DNA from: Escherichia phage EcWhh-1
DNA length: 64,000 nt
Sequence record: MH791409.1
Strand: one strand, 5' to 3'
Of this stretch, positions 26,991 through 39,600 are shown one piece after another. The translations under genes and the position numbers were made by a program. How positions within the stretch are numbered: position 1 is the stretch's first letter; each line of letters starts with the position of its first letter. Under the pieces are notes generated by a model that worked only from the letters and a program-made list of their open reading frames with translations, did not search any database and was not told the origin of the DNA.

Positions 26991-27187
26991 TATTCACCTT
27001 TAGAGATTTTATCCATAACGAAAGAGATTGAACCAATTAAGAATGCCACTACTAAAGAGATTGTATTCTCGGAAGTTGTAAGCAAATCCAACATGAATCC
27101 TGCAAACATACTAAAGCCAAAAGCAGTAACGGCGGTCAGTGCAGTAACATTTCTAATTAATTCACAACGTTTCATTTTATTCTCCAA
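26990..27187 (-). CDS. small membrane protein, 65 aa
   Basis: Hydrophobic; early promoter element upstream. Confidence 0.45.
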   Translation of the reverse strand: MENKMKRCELIRNVTALTAVTAFGFSMFAGFMLDLLTTSENTISLVVAFLIGSISFVMDKISKGE

Positions 27188-27199
27188 TCACTCATTTGT

Positions 27200-27242
27200 T
27201 TTGATAGGGCTATAGTATCATCACTAAAGCCCATTGTAAACA
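27200..27242 (-). promoter_or_regulatory. early promoter element
   Basis: GATAGGGCTATAGTATCAT plus TGTAAACA. Confidence 0.55.
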
Positions 27243-27243
27243 A

Positions 27244-27516
27244 TTATTTTAAATAAATTGCATACTTTTTATAACCAGCCGTCTCGTGGCGCAACCCTTT
27301 TTCATTAGCAAAACGTTCAATATTGTTAATTTGATTCTGGTCAAGTTCTGAAGTATCAAATACAAAAAAGTTTCGCTTATTGCCTAAAGTTACATGATTA
27401 GTCAAATCAATGTTATAGAGATGATTTATATCATCAATCATAGTCTTAACAGATTTGTTAATTTTTACTTCCTCATTAAGAATAGATTCAGCGATAAATT
27501 CTTGATAAGTTTTCAT
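27244..27516 (-). CDS. internal protein with capsid targeting sequence (MKTYQEFIAE)
   Basis: CTS at N-terminus. Confidence 0.7.
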   Translation of the reverse strand: MKTYQEFIAESILNEEVKINKSVKTMIDDINHLYNIDLTNHVTLGNKRNFFVFDTSELDQNQINNIERFANEKGLRHETAGYKKYAIYLK

Positions 27517-27517
27517 T

Positions 27518-27742
27518 TTATTCTGCGCCAGCGGCTTTCAAAAGTTTTTTAAGATTGGCTGTACCTTGAGCAGAAAACGTGACCTTGCCATCTTTTTCAC
27601 CGATACTCCCGGTCAATTTAGCGAGCTTATCACTAGGGACTTTTTTAAAATCAGCCAATGTACCGTCAAAGGTTTTTGTAACAACCGGCAGTTGGTCTTC
27701 GTGTTTTTTAGCTTCTGTAATAAATTCTTGATAAGTTTTCAT
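27518..27742 (-). CDS. internal protein with capsid targeting sequence (MKTYQEFITEA)
   Basis: CTS begins at internal ATG (table ORF starts 4 codons earlier at 27754). Confidence 0.7.
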   Translation of the reverse strand: MKTYQEFITEAKKHEDQLPVVTKTFDGTLADFKKVPSDKLAKLTGSIGEKDGKVTFSAQGTANLKKLLKAAGAE

Positions 27743-27767
27743 TTTGATTTCCATGTGGTTGGTTTGT

Positions 27768-27809
27768 TTTGATAGGCCTATAGTATCATGTCTATAGACC
27801 TTGTAAACA
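27768..27809 (-). promoter_or_regulatory. early promoter element
   Basis: GATAGGCCTATAGTATCAT plus TGTAAACA. Confidence 0.55.
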
Positions 27810-27820
27810 CCTTTTTTAAA

Positions 27821-28704
<884 letters not shown>

Positions 28705-28712
<8 letters not shown>

Positions 28713-29466
28713 TTTTATTTCCTAATAATTTATCAATAGTAGTGTATAGTTCAGAAAGAGTGCCGTTATTTTCAACAACAACGTCACCAGGTAAAATTGG
28801 TAGACCCGCTTCAGTGATGTGCGAGTCTTGTACTTGACCGGTTTCAGCGCGAACTACATGAATAATCGTAGCACCCATCGCTCTGAGCGAATCAATTTCA
28901 TGTGTTTGACGAACATCAGGTACGACATAGTATTTCGCATCAGAGTATATTTTATCAAAATAGTCTAAAGCGAACAACTTAACCCAATACATCTTATCAA
29001 ATTGGTTAACAATAATATCAGTCCCAAGGGTCTGCATGAGACGACGTACTGACCAATTGTTATTTTTATTTATTACTTCAAATAGCTGGTCTTTTGTTTC
29101 TTCAGACAGATACTGGACCGGTGTAAGACCATAATGATATGCGGTACGAACATCAATTCCGGGAATAGGAAGGATATTATTCAGCTTAACAATAGCATTT
29201 TCAAAAATATCAACCACATCATATGGTTTTAAAGGAATGATTTCTTCACGGTCGTAACCAATACCTTCAAAACAGTTAAAATCAAGTTTAGGCATATAGC
29301 TACGGTCGAATACAGGGTCATCAGATATGTATTCATAAGCTTCAGCCAGATACTTTTTAATAGGACCAGCGAGTTGGAATTTTACGGAATCCATATTTTC
29401 AATTACATAGTTAGCAACGGTATCCTTACCGCTACGTTTGATTCCTACAATTGATATTAGTTTCAT
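28705..29466 (-). CDS. 1: deoxynucleoside monophosphate kinase
   Basis: GVKRSGKDT P-loop and strong similarity to recalled T4 gp1. Confidence 0.9.
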
Positions 29467-30056
29467 TATTTTCTCATAGATGGATGCATAGACATACGAG
29501 CCACACGTTGTTCGGCATACGAATCAATTTGTGGACGACCTGTAACTATTGTACCATCTATTTCTACAGCAAACGATTTGAAGTTGAATGTTGCTGTAGC
29601 GATTATCGCTGGGTCGGAATCTTCTTTATAAGAGTACTGAATCTCGGAAAGGTCGGACGGCCATCCGCCGTAGTAATGAATGCTCATTACGATTTTCTGT
29701 TTGTTGTTATCAAGAATGTGGAGGGTGATAGCCTCAGGCTGACCTTTAGGGTGCCAGGCTTCAGATTCATGTGTTACATAGTTGTTTAATGATAGCATCC
29801 ATTTATAAACGTCCAGCCATGATTTCAATTCGCGGTCTACAAGAAAGTTCACAATCAAAGGGTCGAATTCTACAGTAGAACCTGGCAGTTTAGCACGATG
29901 TATGCCCTGGGTCGATCCTGGGACGTCTGAGACCGGAATATGGATACCCGGTAGTGTTACATCTTGCACGTTCAATTTGAATGACTGCGTCATTCCTGAG
30001 TCACTAACCTCTAAGATAAAGTTGGTAGTGTTAGTTTGGTTAAATAAACCGTTCAT
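29466..30056 (-). CDS. 3: tail tube terminator/completion protein gp3
   Basis: Synteny 1-3-2-4 and size. Confidence 0.7.
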   Translation of the reverse strand: MNGLFNQTNTTNFILEVSDSGMTQSFKLNVQDVTLPGIHIPVSDVPGSTQGIHRAKLPGSTVEFDPLIVNFLVDRELKSWLDVYKWMLSLNNYVTHESEAWHPKGQPEAITLHILDNNKQKIVMSIHYYGGWPSDLSEIQYSYKEDSDPAIIATATFNFKSFAVEIDGTIVTGRPQIDSYAEQRVARMSMHPSMRK

Positions 30057-30141
30057 AGGATTCCTATATTGCTTAAGTCCTAGCCAGTGTATAATGGTCC
30101 TAGGTCTGTTCCATTCAATAACTGGCTGGGATAATAGATTA

Positions 30142-30978
30142 TTATGCGTTCTTCCATACTGTCTGAGCTGAGTAACGCTTACCTTTAGACATGAACTGCT
30201 GGAGAGGCATCATTACGACATTAGCCCAATCAGAAGGTTTTATCTCTACTAAAGGACCCTTGATATTTCCAGGGATATAAGCCTTAATCATCACGTCAGC
30301 GCCAGCGAATCCTTTTACCTTACTCCAATCGATTTTTAATTTAGTCGAGTTCGTAATGGTAGGCGTACTCGCGTATTGCTTCAGCAATTCTTCTAGAAAT
30401 TGTTGACGTGCTTTAGGTGGAATATAGTGTAAGTTTAGTCCGTACATTAAATTATGCTTACCCAACCCAAGATAAATGATTAATGGATATTTGTCCCAGT
30501 ATGGTAGGGTATCCTTATGTTTGGCGTCATAGATATAAGCATAAAGCTTACCAGGAGATGGTTTAGATACCTGGTGTCCACGAATTCCTTTCTTTAATGT
30601 TTCTGTAAACCATTTAGCTGATTTATTGTTTACAGCAGCGCCTTCGTTAGCAATCTTATCACGAATACTCTTTCTAAAACTATTCACCAAAATCAATTGG
30701 CGCTCGGCTTTGGTCAATTTATTGCCAGGTTTCTTCTGGAGTTTTTCGACCTGTACAGCAGTTTTAATTCGACTCGAGTATCGAGACATCGCAGATGTAA
30801 AGCTAGAATACTTAATGCCCTTATCTTCAGCGAATTTCTTAGCCGAGACACCTTTGGCCTTAGCTTTGGCATATTCAACACCTAAAGCTATCCATTGTTG
30901 CTCTGAACGAGTGGGCTTAGAACCTTTTGTGGTTTCAGTGGCCTCATTGATGTAGGAAAATATACTCATCCTTTCCAT
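30142..30978 (-). CDS. 2: DNA end protector protein gp2
   Basis: Synteny and size (278 aa vs ~274 in T4). Confidence 0.75.
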   Translation of the reverse strand: MERMSIFSYINEATETTKGSKPTRSEQQWIALGVEYAKAKAKGVSAKKFAEDKGIKYSSFTSAMSRYSSRIKTAVQVEKLQKKPGNKLTKAERQLILVNSFRKSIRDKIANEGAAVNNKSAKWFTETLKKGIRGHQVSKPSPGKLYAYIYDAKHKDTLPYWDKYPLIIYLGLGKHNLMYGLNLHYIPPKARQQFLEELLKQYASTPTITNSTKLKIDWSKVKGFAGADVMIKAYIPGNIKGPLVEIKPSDWANVVMMPLQQFMSKGKRYSAQTVWKNA

Positions 30979-31415
30979 CCTAATTTTTTCAGTGAGTTTT
31001 CAGTTATCAATCTAAAATTGATTCCCATTTTATCTGCTGTAGCTTTAGCAGCTTTCCATTTATCTTTATTTACACTCCATGTATAATGTTCGTTGATATA
31101 TCTCTTTTTAGCGGCTGTAGTCATTTTAGCAGGAGCCGCTGGAGGATGGGTTTCTTTAAAAGGTTTGACTTCAAAAAAGAATTGTTGGCCATTATCAAAC
31201 TTAACCCAGAAGTCCATAAAATATCGACGTTTCTTTCCATCAGCATTACTAAAATACGGAATAACTACCTCTTCAGAGTTCCATTGGACTACGTTAGGAT
31301 GATTGTCAAGCCAACGCATGAGCCATGCTTCCCATGAGGAACGATATTGGATTTTCTTCCAGTCACCTTTATATTTTTGTAAGTTGGTAGGTTTAAATTT
31401 CCCTGAGTAAGCCAT
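30966..31415 (-). CDS. 4: head completion protein gp4
   Basis: Synteny and size (149 aa). Confidence 0.75.
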   Translation of the reverse strand: MAYSGKFKPTNLQKYKGDWKKIQYRSSWEAWLMRWLDNHPNVVQWNSEEVVIPYFSNADGKKRRYFMDFWVKFDNGQQFFFEVKPFKETHPPAAPAKMTTAAKKRYINEHYTWSVNKDKWKAAKATADKMGINFRLITENSLKKLGWKG

Positions 31416-31426
31416 AGTTGCCTCCT

Positions 31427-31434
31427 TATAAATA
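31427..31434 (+). promoter_or_regulatory. late promoter TATAAATA box (gene 53)
   Basis: Exact TATAAATA ~28 nt upstream of gene 53 ATG. Confidence 0.6.
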
Positions 31435-31441
31435 TTAATAT

Positions 31442-31449
31442 TATTTATA
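31442..31449 (-). promoter_or_regulatory. late promoter TATAAATA box (gene 4), divergent
   Basis: Exact TATAAATA on minus strand ~27 nt upstream of gene 4 ATG. Confidence 0.55.
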
Positions 31450-31461
31450 CTCGGAGGCCCT

Positions 31462-32064
31462 ATGCTCTTCTCATTTTTCGACCCTATCGATTACGAATCA
31501 AAAACAGTCAAGCCAGATTCCGGCTCATTAACAAATGCCGATATATTGAGCGTGCCGATGACTGATATATTTAGAAATTATAAAGAATATTTTGATAGAG
31601 TGGCTAAAAATTATACACTAAAAACTTATTATATCAATGGAGCCCCACGCCCGGAAGAATTGGCCCATATTCTTTATGGCAATGTCCAATTATATTGGGT
31701 TTTACTGATGTGTAATAATATATACGACCCGTATTATGGATGGATTACCGGTCAAGAAGCCGCCTACCAAGCAGCCATCCAAAGATATTCTACAGCTGGC
31801 GGAAACCAGGTCCTTTACCATGTAAACGAAAAAGGTGAGAAATTCTGGAATCTTGTCAACACGCCAGAAAATCCGTATACTTGGTATGATAAAGGCGATA
31901 CAGAAAAACGTTATCCTCAATATGAAGGCCCATTGGCTGCAGTAGATATTTACGAGGATGCTATTCGCAAAAATGAATATAAGCGCGAAATAAAAATTAT
32001 AGACCCTAATGATATTGAGTCTTTTATTTCTGCTCTTATTCGTGAAATGGAGAAAGCCCTCTAA
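31462..32064 (+). CDS. 53: baseplate wedge protein gp53
   Basis: Synteny and size (200 aa). Confidence 0.8.
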   Translation: MLFSFFDPIDYESKTVKPDSGSLTNADILSVPMTDIFRNYKEYFDRVAKNYTLKTYYINGAPRPEELAHILYGNVQLYWVLLMCNNIYDPYYGWITGQEAAYQAAIQRYSTAGGNQVLYHVNEKGEKFWNLVNTPENPYTWYDKGDTEKRYPQYEGPLAAVDIYEDAIRKNEYKREIKIIDPNDIESFISALIREMEKAL

Positions 32065-33806
32065 TGATTAACATGTCTGATAACTTAAGTTGGTTCGTCG
32101 GTGTAGTTGAAGACCGAATGGACCCACTCAAACAAGGCCGAGTACGCGTACGCGTATGGGGTATGCATCCGTATGAAAAAGTACAGGGTCCTGTAAAAGG
32201 CCTTCGTACAGAAGATTTACCATGGATGTCGGTATTAATGCCCACATCTTCTGCCTCTGTTTCCGGTATCCAAACCGCCATGACAGGTATGGTCCCGGGT
32301 ACACAAGTTTACGGGCACTTTCTTGATAAGTGGAAATTAAACGGTCTTGTCCTTGGTACATACGGTTCGGCTTCAAAACAAAAGGCCAATCCAAACGAAG
32401 GTTTTAGTGACCCTACAGGACAATACCCACTTTATTTAGGTAATGACGCTGCTGCACTAAACCGAGGTGGTGAAGTTGGATATGACGCCACTTCTAACGT
32501 AATACAAGATGCAAACACTGACGTAGGTATTAATCCTGATGGATTAGATTTAAGCCAGGTTAAGCCTGATGATAATCCTAATTTCACAATAGAAAACATG
32601 CTTCATCGTGATGAGGGTCTTCGTCTTAAGGTATATTGGGACACTGAAGGATATCCTACCATAGGTATAGGTCACCTTATTACTCCACAACCTATTAGAG
32701 ATATGAATCAAATAAACAAAATATTATCTAATCAAATAGGTCGTGAAGTTAAAGGAAACCCGGGTGCAATATCAATGGACGAGGCTTCTAAATTATTCCA
32801 AGAAGACCTTAAAAAAGTCCAGAGTGATATAGGCCGGCACAGTGTTGTGGGTCCAGTTTACAATAAAGAAAACCGTTCAAGACAAATGGCTCTTGAAAAC
32901 ATGGCTTTCCAAATGGGTTTAGGTGGGCTTGCTAAATTTAAAACGATGCTCTCTGCAATGTTAGCTGGAGATTATAAGAAAGCATTTGATGCCGCTCGTG
33001 ATTCTGTATGGTTTAACCAAACTAAAGGTCGCGCCTCAAGGGTGTCAATGATTATCCTTACAGGTAATATGGAATCATATGGTATTATGGCACCTAAAGA
33101 AAGGAAATTTAAAGGTCGTTCTTATAGAATGATTCAAACCTTTGCGGCCCCTAAAAATTCCGACCCAGCCGACCCATGGACTCCGGAAGATACAAGGATT
33201 CTTTTTAAAGAGCCTGATTCTAGTTATAAAGGCGAATACCCATATGTCCAAACCATGCAAACTGAAGGTGGGCATATCCAAGAATTCGATAACACCCCAG
33301 GGCAAGAACGTTACCGATTAATCCACCCTACAGGTAGTTATGAAGAAGTCGCTCCTGACGGACGTAAAACTTCTAAGACCGTAGCCGACGGGTATTATAT
33401 GACCCAAGGCGATTCTAATACTTATGTTGGCGGTAATAATAAAGTCAATATAGGTGGTGATGAAACCTATTATAATATGGCAAACGTTCGACGTCAAACT
33501 GACGGTTCTGAAAGCATTCATATTCGTGGTAATGAAACCAAAACGGTAGAAGGTGACGGAACCCTTATTGTTAAAGGAAATGTTACGGTTATTGTTGAAG
33601 GCAATGCTGATATAACTGTTAAAGGTGATGCAAAAACCTTAGTCGAAGGCAACCACGATTATACAGTAAATGGAAATGTTAAGTGGTCGGTAAACGGAAA
33701 CGTCGATATGACTGTTGCCGGTAATTGGTCTGAAACTATGTCGACTATGAGTTCTATTGCGTCCGGTCAATATACTATTGATGGTTCGAGGATTGACATT
33801 GGCTAA
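32064..33806 (+). CDS. 5: baseplate hub and tail lysozyme gp5
   Basis: Central lysozyme domain (HRDEGLRLKVYWDTEGYPTIGIGH) and C-terminal VxGxxxxxV beta-helix repeats. Confidence 0.95.
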   Translation: MINMSDNLSWFVGVVEDRMDPLKQGRVRVRVWGMHPYEKVQGPVKGLRTEDLPWMSVLMPTSSASVSGIQTAMTGMVPGTQVYGHFLDKWKLNGLVLGTYGSASKQKANPNEGFSDPTGQYPLYLGNDAAALNRGGEVGYDATSNVIQDANTDVGINPDGLDLSQVKPDDNPNFTIENMLHRDEGLRLKVYWDTEGYPTIGIGHLITPQPIRDMNQINKILSNQIGREVKGNPGAISMDEASKLFQEDLKKVQSDIGRHSVVGPVYNKENRSRQMALENMAFQMGLGGLAKFKTMLSAMLAGDYKKAFDAARDSVWFNQTKGRASRVSMIILTGNMESYGIMAPKERKFKGRSYRMIQTFAAPKNSDPADPWTPEDTRILFKEPDSSYKGEYPYVQTMQTEGGHIQEFDNTPGQERYRLIHPTGSYEEVAPDGRKTSKTVADGYYMTQGDSNTYVGGNNKVNIGGDETYYNMANVRRQTDGSESIHIRGNETKTVEGDGTLIVKGNVTVIVEGNADITVKGDAKTLVEGNHDYTVNGNVKWSVNGNVDMTVAGNWSETMSTMSSIASGQYTIDGSRIDIG

Positions 33807-33840
33807 TATTTTACCTATGAGCACAGATTTAGGAGACTCC

Positions 33841-34338
33841 ATGGAAGGAGCCTCAATCGATGTTACGTTTACCGCTCAATTAGAAACAAACGAAACATTA
33901 GTTGAAATAAATATAACAGAATATGAGCCAACAGAAGGCATTATTGTCGATGGGGCTCGTTTATACGGAACCTATGAATCGGTATTCGGATTTTCTGAAG
34001 ATGCGTTAAAATATCGATTAGGTGATGAATTTAAAACAGCAGGTTCGTGGAAAGATTTACCAGAGGACAAGAGCACTCAATTATACCTCTGGAAAGCCCC
34101 TGGTAATCTTAAGAAGACTTTTTCCTATACCGTCACATTAATCTATGACTTTCAGGAAGAGTCATCAGGAGGTGATACAGGGAGCTCAGGAGGAAGTAAT
34201 TCTAGAGCCGGTAACGAAACAGACCCTCCTCCAGCACCGGTAAGAAAAACTCTTACTAAGGTTTATACCAAGGTTATAGTGGGTAATTGGAGCAAATGGG
34301 CTAATCAACTTAGAGAATATGTATATGCGAGGCCATAA
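33841..34338 (+). CDS. gp5.1-like protein
   Basis: ATG at 33841 with AGGAGA SD after gp5 stop (table ORF starts earlier and overlaps gp5). Confidence 0.55.
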   Translation: MEGASIDVTFTAQLETNETLVEINITEYEPTEGIIVDGARLYGTYESVFGFSEDALKYRLGDEFKTAGSWKDLPEDKSTQLYLWKAPGNLKKTFSYTVTLIYDFQEESSGGDTGSSGGSNSRAGNETDPPPAPVRKTLTKVYTKVIVGNWSKWANQLREYVYARP

Positions 34339-34631
34339 TGTCGGGCTTAAGTTATAACCAATGCGTAACAGCAGGTCATGAAGCATGGCCTCCTACAGTA
34401 ATAAATGCCACCCAGGGTAAAGTATTTACAGGCGGCATTCCTGTATTAGTCGATGGGGACCCAATAACTCCTCATACAGAAATTAAAAAACCATATGAAA
34501 CCCACGGTGGGGTAACCCAACCTAGAACATCAAAGGTATATGTTACAGGCAAAAAGGCTGTCCAAATGGCAGACCCTATTTCGTGCGGAGATACAGTCGC
34601 ACAAGCCTCATCTAAAGTATTCATAAAATAG
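34338..34631 (+). CDS. 5.4: PAAR-type spike tip protein gp5.4
   Basis: 97 aa, identical in length to T4 gp5.4, located before gene 6. Confidence 0.7.
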   Translation: MSGLSYNQCVTAGHEAWPPTVINATQGKVFTGGIPVLVDGDPITPHTEIKKPYETHGGVTQPRTSKVYVTGKKAVQMADPISCGDTVAQASSKVFIK

Positions 34632-34639
34632 GAATTAAA

Positions 34640-36598
34640 ATGGCTACTCCTACGAATTACCAATTAACAAGAACCGTTAACGCTATCCCAAAAGTATTTG
34701 TGGGAGCTACGTTTGAAGAAATTAAAAAGAATATTATCGATTGGCTTTCCAGCCAGGAAGAATTTAAGGATTATGATTTCGTTGGTTCTCGAATGAACAT
34801 CCTTATTGATATGCTTGCTTATAATACTCTTTATATACAGCAATTTGCTAACACAGCTTTATACGAGTCTTTTATAGGAACGGCCAACCTCCGTTCTTCG
34901 GTTGTCCAGGCTGCACAAGATAACGGATATCTTCCTAGTTCTAAATCAGCGGCAAAAACAAGTATTATGTTGACCTGTACTCAAGCCCTTAATGAAAAGA
35001 ATATTCGTATTCCACGTGGTACTAAATTCTTGGCCTATGCTCGTGATACTTCGGCAGACCCGTATGCTTTTGTTACAACGGAAAACGTTATTGCCGTACG
35101 TGATGTTAATAACCAATATCTCCCTATTGTATCTTTAGCACAAGGTCGTATTATTCGTACCGAACTTAAGTATGACCCTAAAACCCCTATTCTTATTCGT
35201 GACCCGGATATTGATAGACAAGAAGTTAAACTTTATGTCGATGGTGCAGAATGGACTAACTGGACTAATAAATCCATGGTTCATGCTGGTAGTACATCAA
35301 CCATTTACTATATGCGTGAAACCGTAGATGGTAATACTGAATTCTTCTTTGGTGAAGGCGTTGCCGAAAAATCAGTTGCGGGCGGTGTATTAGAAGCTAA
35401 CTATATTGGTGGTTTAAAACCTGTTAAAGATGCTACCATTGTTATAGAATATCTTCGTACCGATGGTGAAGTTGCTAACGGAGCCGTGGACTTTAGTTAT
35501 GCGGATTCTTTGGCATATATTACGGTTGAAAAAATTACAGAAAACTATGATGGGAATCCGGATTATGTAGGTGCTGATGGTGGCGGTGACCCTGAAGATA
35601 TCGAACGTATTCGTGAACTGGCTGTAGTTAAACGCGAAGCCCAGATGCGTGCCGTAACTGGTACAGATTATGATACATTCGTTTCAGAACGATTTGGTTC
35701 TATTGTACAAGCAGTACAAACATTTACAGACCCAAATAAACCAGGTTACGCCTTTGTTACTATTAAACCTAAATCAGGATTGTATTTGACAGCGGTTCAA
35801 CGTGAAGATATCCAAAATTATCTTTCAGAATTTAACTTGGCGCCTATTACTCCTTCGGTTATTTCTCCGGACTACTTGTTCTTAAAGCATAAAATTAAGG
35901 TTTCATATGCACTGAACAAATTACAGGAATCCGAACAATGGCTAACGGCTCAAATCCTTTCCCAAATAGACCGTTATTATATTAACGAAGTTGAAATATT
36001 CAACCATGGATTTGCCAAGTCTAAAATGCTGACTTATATTGATAACGCAGACCACAGTATCCTTGGCTCTTCGGCCACGGTAACAATGGTTCGCGAGGTA
36101 TTAAACTTCTTCAAAACACCTGAAGCGGGTATTAAATACTATAATCAATACACCAACCGTTCTGTAACTTCTAGTGAATTTGAGTTCGTCCCAACAAACG
36201 TATCAGATGATATTAAATCTTATAACGTACGTATTGTTGCTACAGATAAAGACGAACGAGGCGATGGTAAAATGGTTATAGGTCCTTTCCGTCCAGGTGA
36301 TGTAATTGAAAACCAATACATCCAACCTTATACCGGAGATGACTTCGATAAAATGGCAGCTCCTGCAGACCAATCGGTCTACTATGTTATTGGCGAAATT
36401 GATTATTACTCAGACTTTATTTTCTGGGATATCGCCGCAATAGGCCTTACTTCCGACCGTTTTGAAGTCCAGTCTATTGAACTTTATGCAGGACCAGACC
36501 AAGACAACATCTTTACCAAAGACGGCTCTTTAATCGTATTTGAAGATGACCTTCGTCCTCAGTACACAACTATAGAGTTGGAACCAATTACAATATAA
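34640..36598 (+). CDS. 6: baseplate wedge protein gp6
   Basis: Synteny and size (652 aa). Confidence 0.85.
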   Translation: MATPTNYQLTRTVNAIPKVFVGATFEEIKKNIIDWLSSQEEFKDYDFVGSRMNILIDMLAYNTLYIQQFANTALYESFIGTANLRSSVVQAAQDNGYLPSSKSAAKTSIMLTCTQALNEKNIRIPRGTKFLAYARDTSADPYAFVTTENVIAVRDVNNQYLPIVSLAQGRIIRTELKYDPKTPILIRDPDIDRQEVKLYVDGAEWTNWTNKSMVHAGSTSTIYYMRETVDGNTEFFFGEGVAEKSVAGGVLEANYIGGLKPVKDATIVIEYLRTDGEVANGAVDFSYADSLAYITVEKITENYDGNPDYVGADGGGDPEDIERIRELAVVKREAQMRAVTGTDYDTFVSERFGSIVQAVQTFTDPNKPGYAFVTIKPKSGLYLTAVQREDIQNYLSEFNLAPITPSVISPDYLFLKHKIKVSYALNKLQESEQWLTAQILSQIDRYYINEVEIFNHGFAKSKMLTYIDNADHSILGSSATVTMVREVLNFFKTPEAGIKYYNQYTNRSVTSSEFEFVPTNVSDDIKSYNVRIVATDKDERGDGKMVIGPFRPGDVIENQYIQPYTGDDFDKMAAPADQSVYYVIGEIDYYSDFIFWDIAAIGLTSDRFEVQSIELYAGPDQDNIFTKDGSLIVFEDDLRPQYTTIELEPITI

Positions 36599-36625
36599 GC
36601 CTCTTCGGAGGTTTAAGGAGATTTA

Positions 36626-39600
36626 ATGTCTGTACAAGCGCCTTATGTTACTAGTCTGAGAATTGATAAGCTCTCGGCTAACCATGTGAGCATTCTTTGG
36701 GATGACGTAGGCGCCAACTTCTATTATTTCGTAGAACTGGCCCAAACGAAGGATGCGGGTGTAGAAATTCCCGACGATAGATTATTTTGGAGAAATTTAG
36801 GTTACACCCCTAATAACGAATGGTTTGAAGAGGCATTCATTTCTCCTAATTCATTTTATAAAATGCGAGTTGCGGTCGCTGCTCAGGGGTTTGAGCAGTC
36901 TGAGTGGGTTTACACTGAAGAATTTGAAACTTTCTCTACCAACGCATATACATTTGAGCATATGCGTGAATTCACATTGTCTAATAAATTTATTGAAGAA
37001 AAATTCACAAAAAATAATCAGAATTATGTGAACTTTAATACTGATGCCATTATGGCTTCCTTAATGACGGAAGATTTTAACTTTACGCCGGCGTATTCAC
37101 ATTTGTCATCTATATCAAATTATGTTTTAAAAGCCGACCGATTCCATGAAATCCAAGGAAGCATTCAAGCAGTTTGTAAAGACCCTAGACGTTCTATTTT
37201 AATGGAACTTGGTGGAGTTCTGTATCTTTTAGAAAGATTCCAAAGCACAGCTAAAGTTTCTAATGATAAAGGACAAAACTGGCACTATATTAGATTGTTT
37301 AACGATAGAGTGGGTAATCCGGTATCTAGAACGGCTCATTACCAAACAGAAACTACTACATATGTACTAGGTTATGACCAAATATTTTACGGGCGTAAAT
37401 CAAGTGATATTAGATGGTCTGCTGATGACGTTCGCTTTAGTTCTCAGGATGTAACATTTGCTAAAATCGGTAGTGATATCGACCTTCCGTTTGAAATAGA
37501 AATATTTGGGTCATACGCAAAACTCCCATTGCCTATTTCCACTATTGCCGAAGCTATGTGTGCTTCTGACGATTTCATTTATGTTGCGGGTAGAGACAGA
37601 GTTTATAAAGCAAAAACATCCGAGGCCCCTATAGACACTGACCCTAGCTCACCAACTTACGGCGAGAAGATATTTGAAAGCGGATATTCAACTATCACAG
37701 GGAACCCTAAAGCTGTTTGCTATAAATTAGATTCTATCCAAGGGCATACGTTTGCTTTAATTACAGGCGAAGTTAAAGAAGAAAAAATGGACCCTACAGT
37801 AGAGGCTAACGTAATTGATTCTGAATCTAAAGGTGTCTATTGGTTGGATGTAGAAACAGATACTTGGACTCGTGTATTCGGAAATACTGAAGAAGAACGT
37901 CGTCGTATAGAGCATGGATATACTAGCATGTCTACAGATGGTGAAGAATTATTTTTCAGTTCAAGCAACTTTAGATACGAAGTAGAGGTTGATTCTGAAC
38001 TTCCTTGGAAATATCCTGAAATTGTTACTTCGGCCGTTAAATACGTTAAAGACGAACAGTGGATTCATAATAAGCATTATTTGATGATGAGCTTTAGGTC
38101 CAACTCTAAATCAGATTTTAAAGAATTTAAACCAGGCCGTATGGCTTATTATGCTGAACCATTCTTCAGTTGGTCACGTCGTGATGGAACCCGTTCTTGG
38201 ATTACTACAGGTGACCATGCGATGGTTGTTTATAACGATGCTTTGTATCAGAAAGTAATCGACCTTAATAGTGGTTCATCACCAGAACGTATTGTTCATG
38301 AGATTTGGAATAAAGGATTTTGCAAAGTTACGTCCCCTAATATCGAATTTAATGGCTTTAAAAAATATTCCTCCGGTATGATGATTCACAAATCTACGGG
38401 TGAATTAGTTGGTTATTTTGAATTCGACTATCGTGTGCGTGATGAAGTTCGTGTTATTTGGAAGCCTAAAGAAATTATGTTTACGGCAGAGCTCCAAAAC
38501 CAAGAGCATGAAATTCCATGGGCCCCTAAAGAAGAGACTGGCGAACAAGACCCTGATTTGAAACCGTTATTGGTCAAAATGGTTCCGGATAGTTATTTAC
38601 TCCAAGATTCCAATTTTGAAAAATTCTGCGAATATTATCTACAGTTTATTAGTGATGGTTCTGGTACTCATTATAATAATTTGTTAAACCTTATTCGTAA
38701 TCAGTATCCTCGTGAAGAAGACTCATGGGAATACCTATGGTCTGAAATTTATAAACGTAATATCTATTTGTCAAAAGAAAAACGCGACGAAGTTGTTAGA
38801 TTTTTCCAAGCTCGTCAGTCTGATTTTTGGTCAACTAAAGGTACTGAAGCTTCATATAAATTCCTGTTTAAATTGCTTTATAATGAAGATGTCGAAATTG
38901 ATATCGAGTCCAAGAACTCTATCGAATATGATATCATCGTAGAATCCGACAATATCAGTGAAGATATCGTAGGCCAAACGATTTATACTCCTACAGGAAG
39001 AAGTAATGTTACTTATATAGAACGAAATTACAAAGATGGTAAATTGCAATGGCGTTTAACCATTCATAATCTTTTAGGTCGTTTTATAGTAGGTCAGGAA
39101 ATCAAATCTGAACGTACTTCATTTAAGGGTATGATTGTTCAAGGTGTTCGCGGCAAAGAGCTTTTGAGTAACAATATCGATTATATCAACCGTAACCGTT
39201 CTTACTATGTGATGACTATTAAGTCTAATCTCCCAACCTCTCGTTATCGCAACGACGTTTTGAGATTTGTTCACCCGGTGGGTTTCGGCTTTATAGGTAT
39301 AACTTTGCTTTCTATGTTTGTTAACGTTGGTTTAACACTAAAACATACAGAAACCATTATTAATATCCTTAAGAACTATAAATGGGACTCAGGTTTGCCA
39401 TCTGAATGGTATGATAGAGTTGCTGTAATAGGTTTTGATGGTAATATAGAACGAGACCCTCGTACAGGTGCTCCGATGTACAACGTTGGACCTAAAGCAG
39501 GTGAACCGTTTGATATTCCTGCCGATTATGATGCAGAAAATGATTTCTCTGTATTCCAAGGTCAATTACCACACGAACGTATTAAAAAGCATAGTCCATT

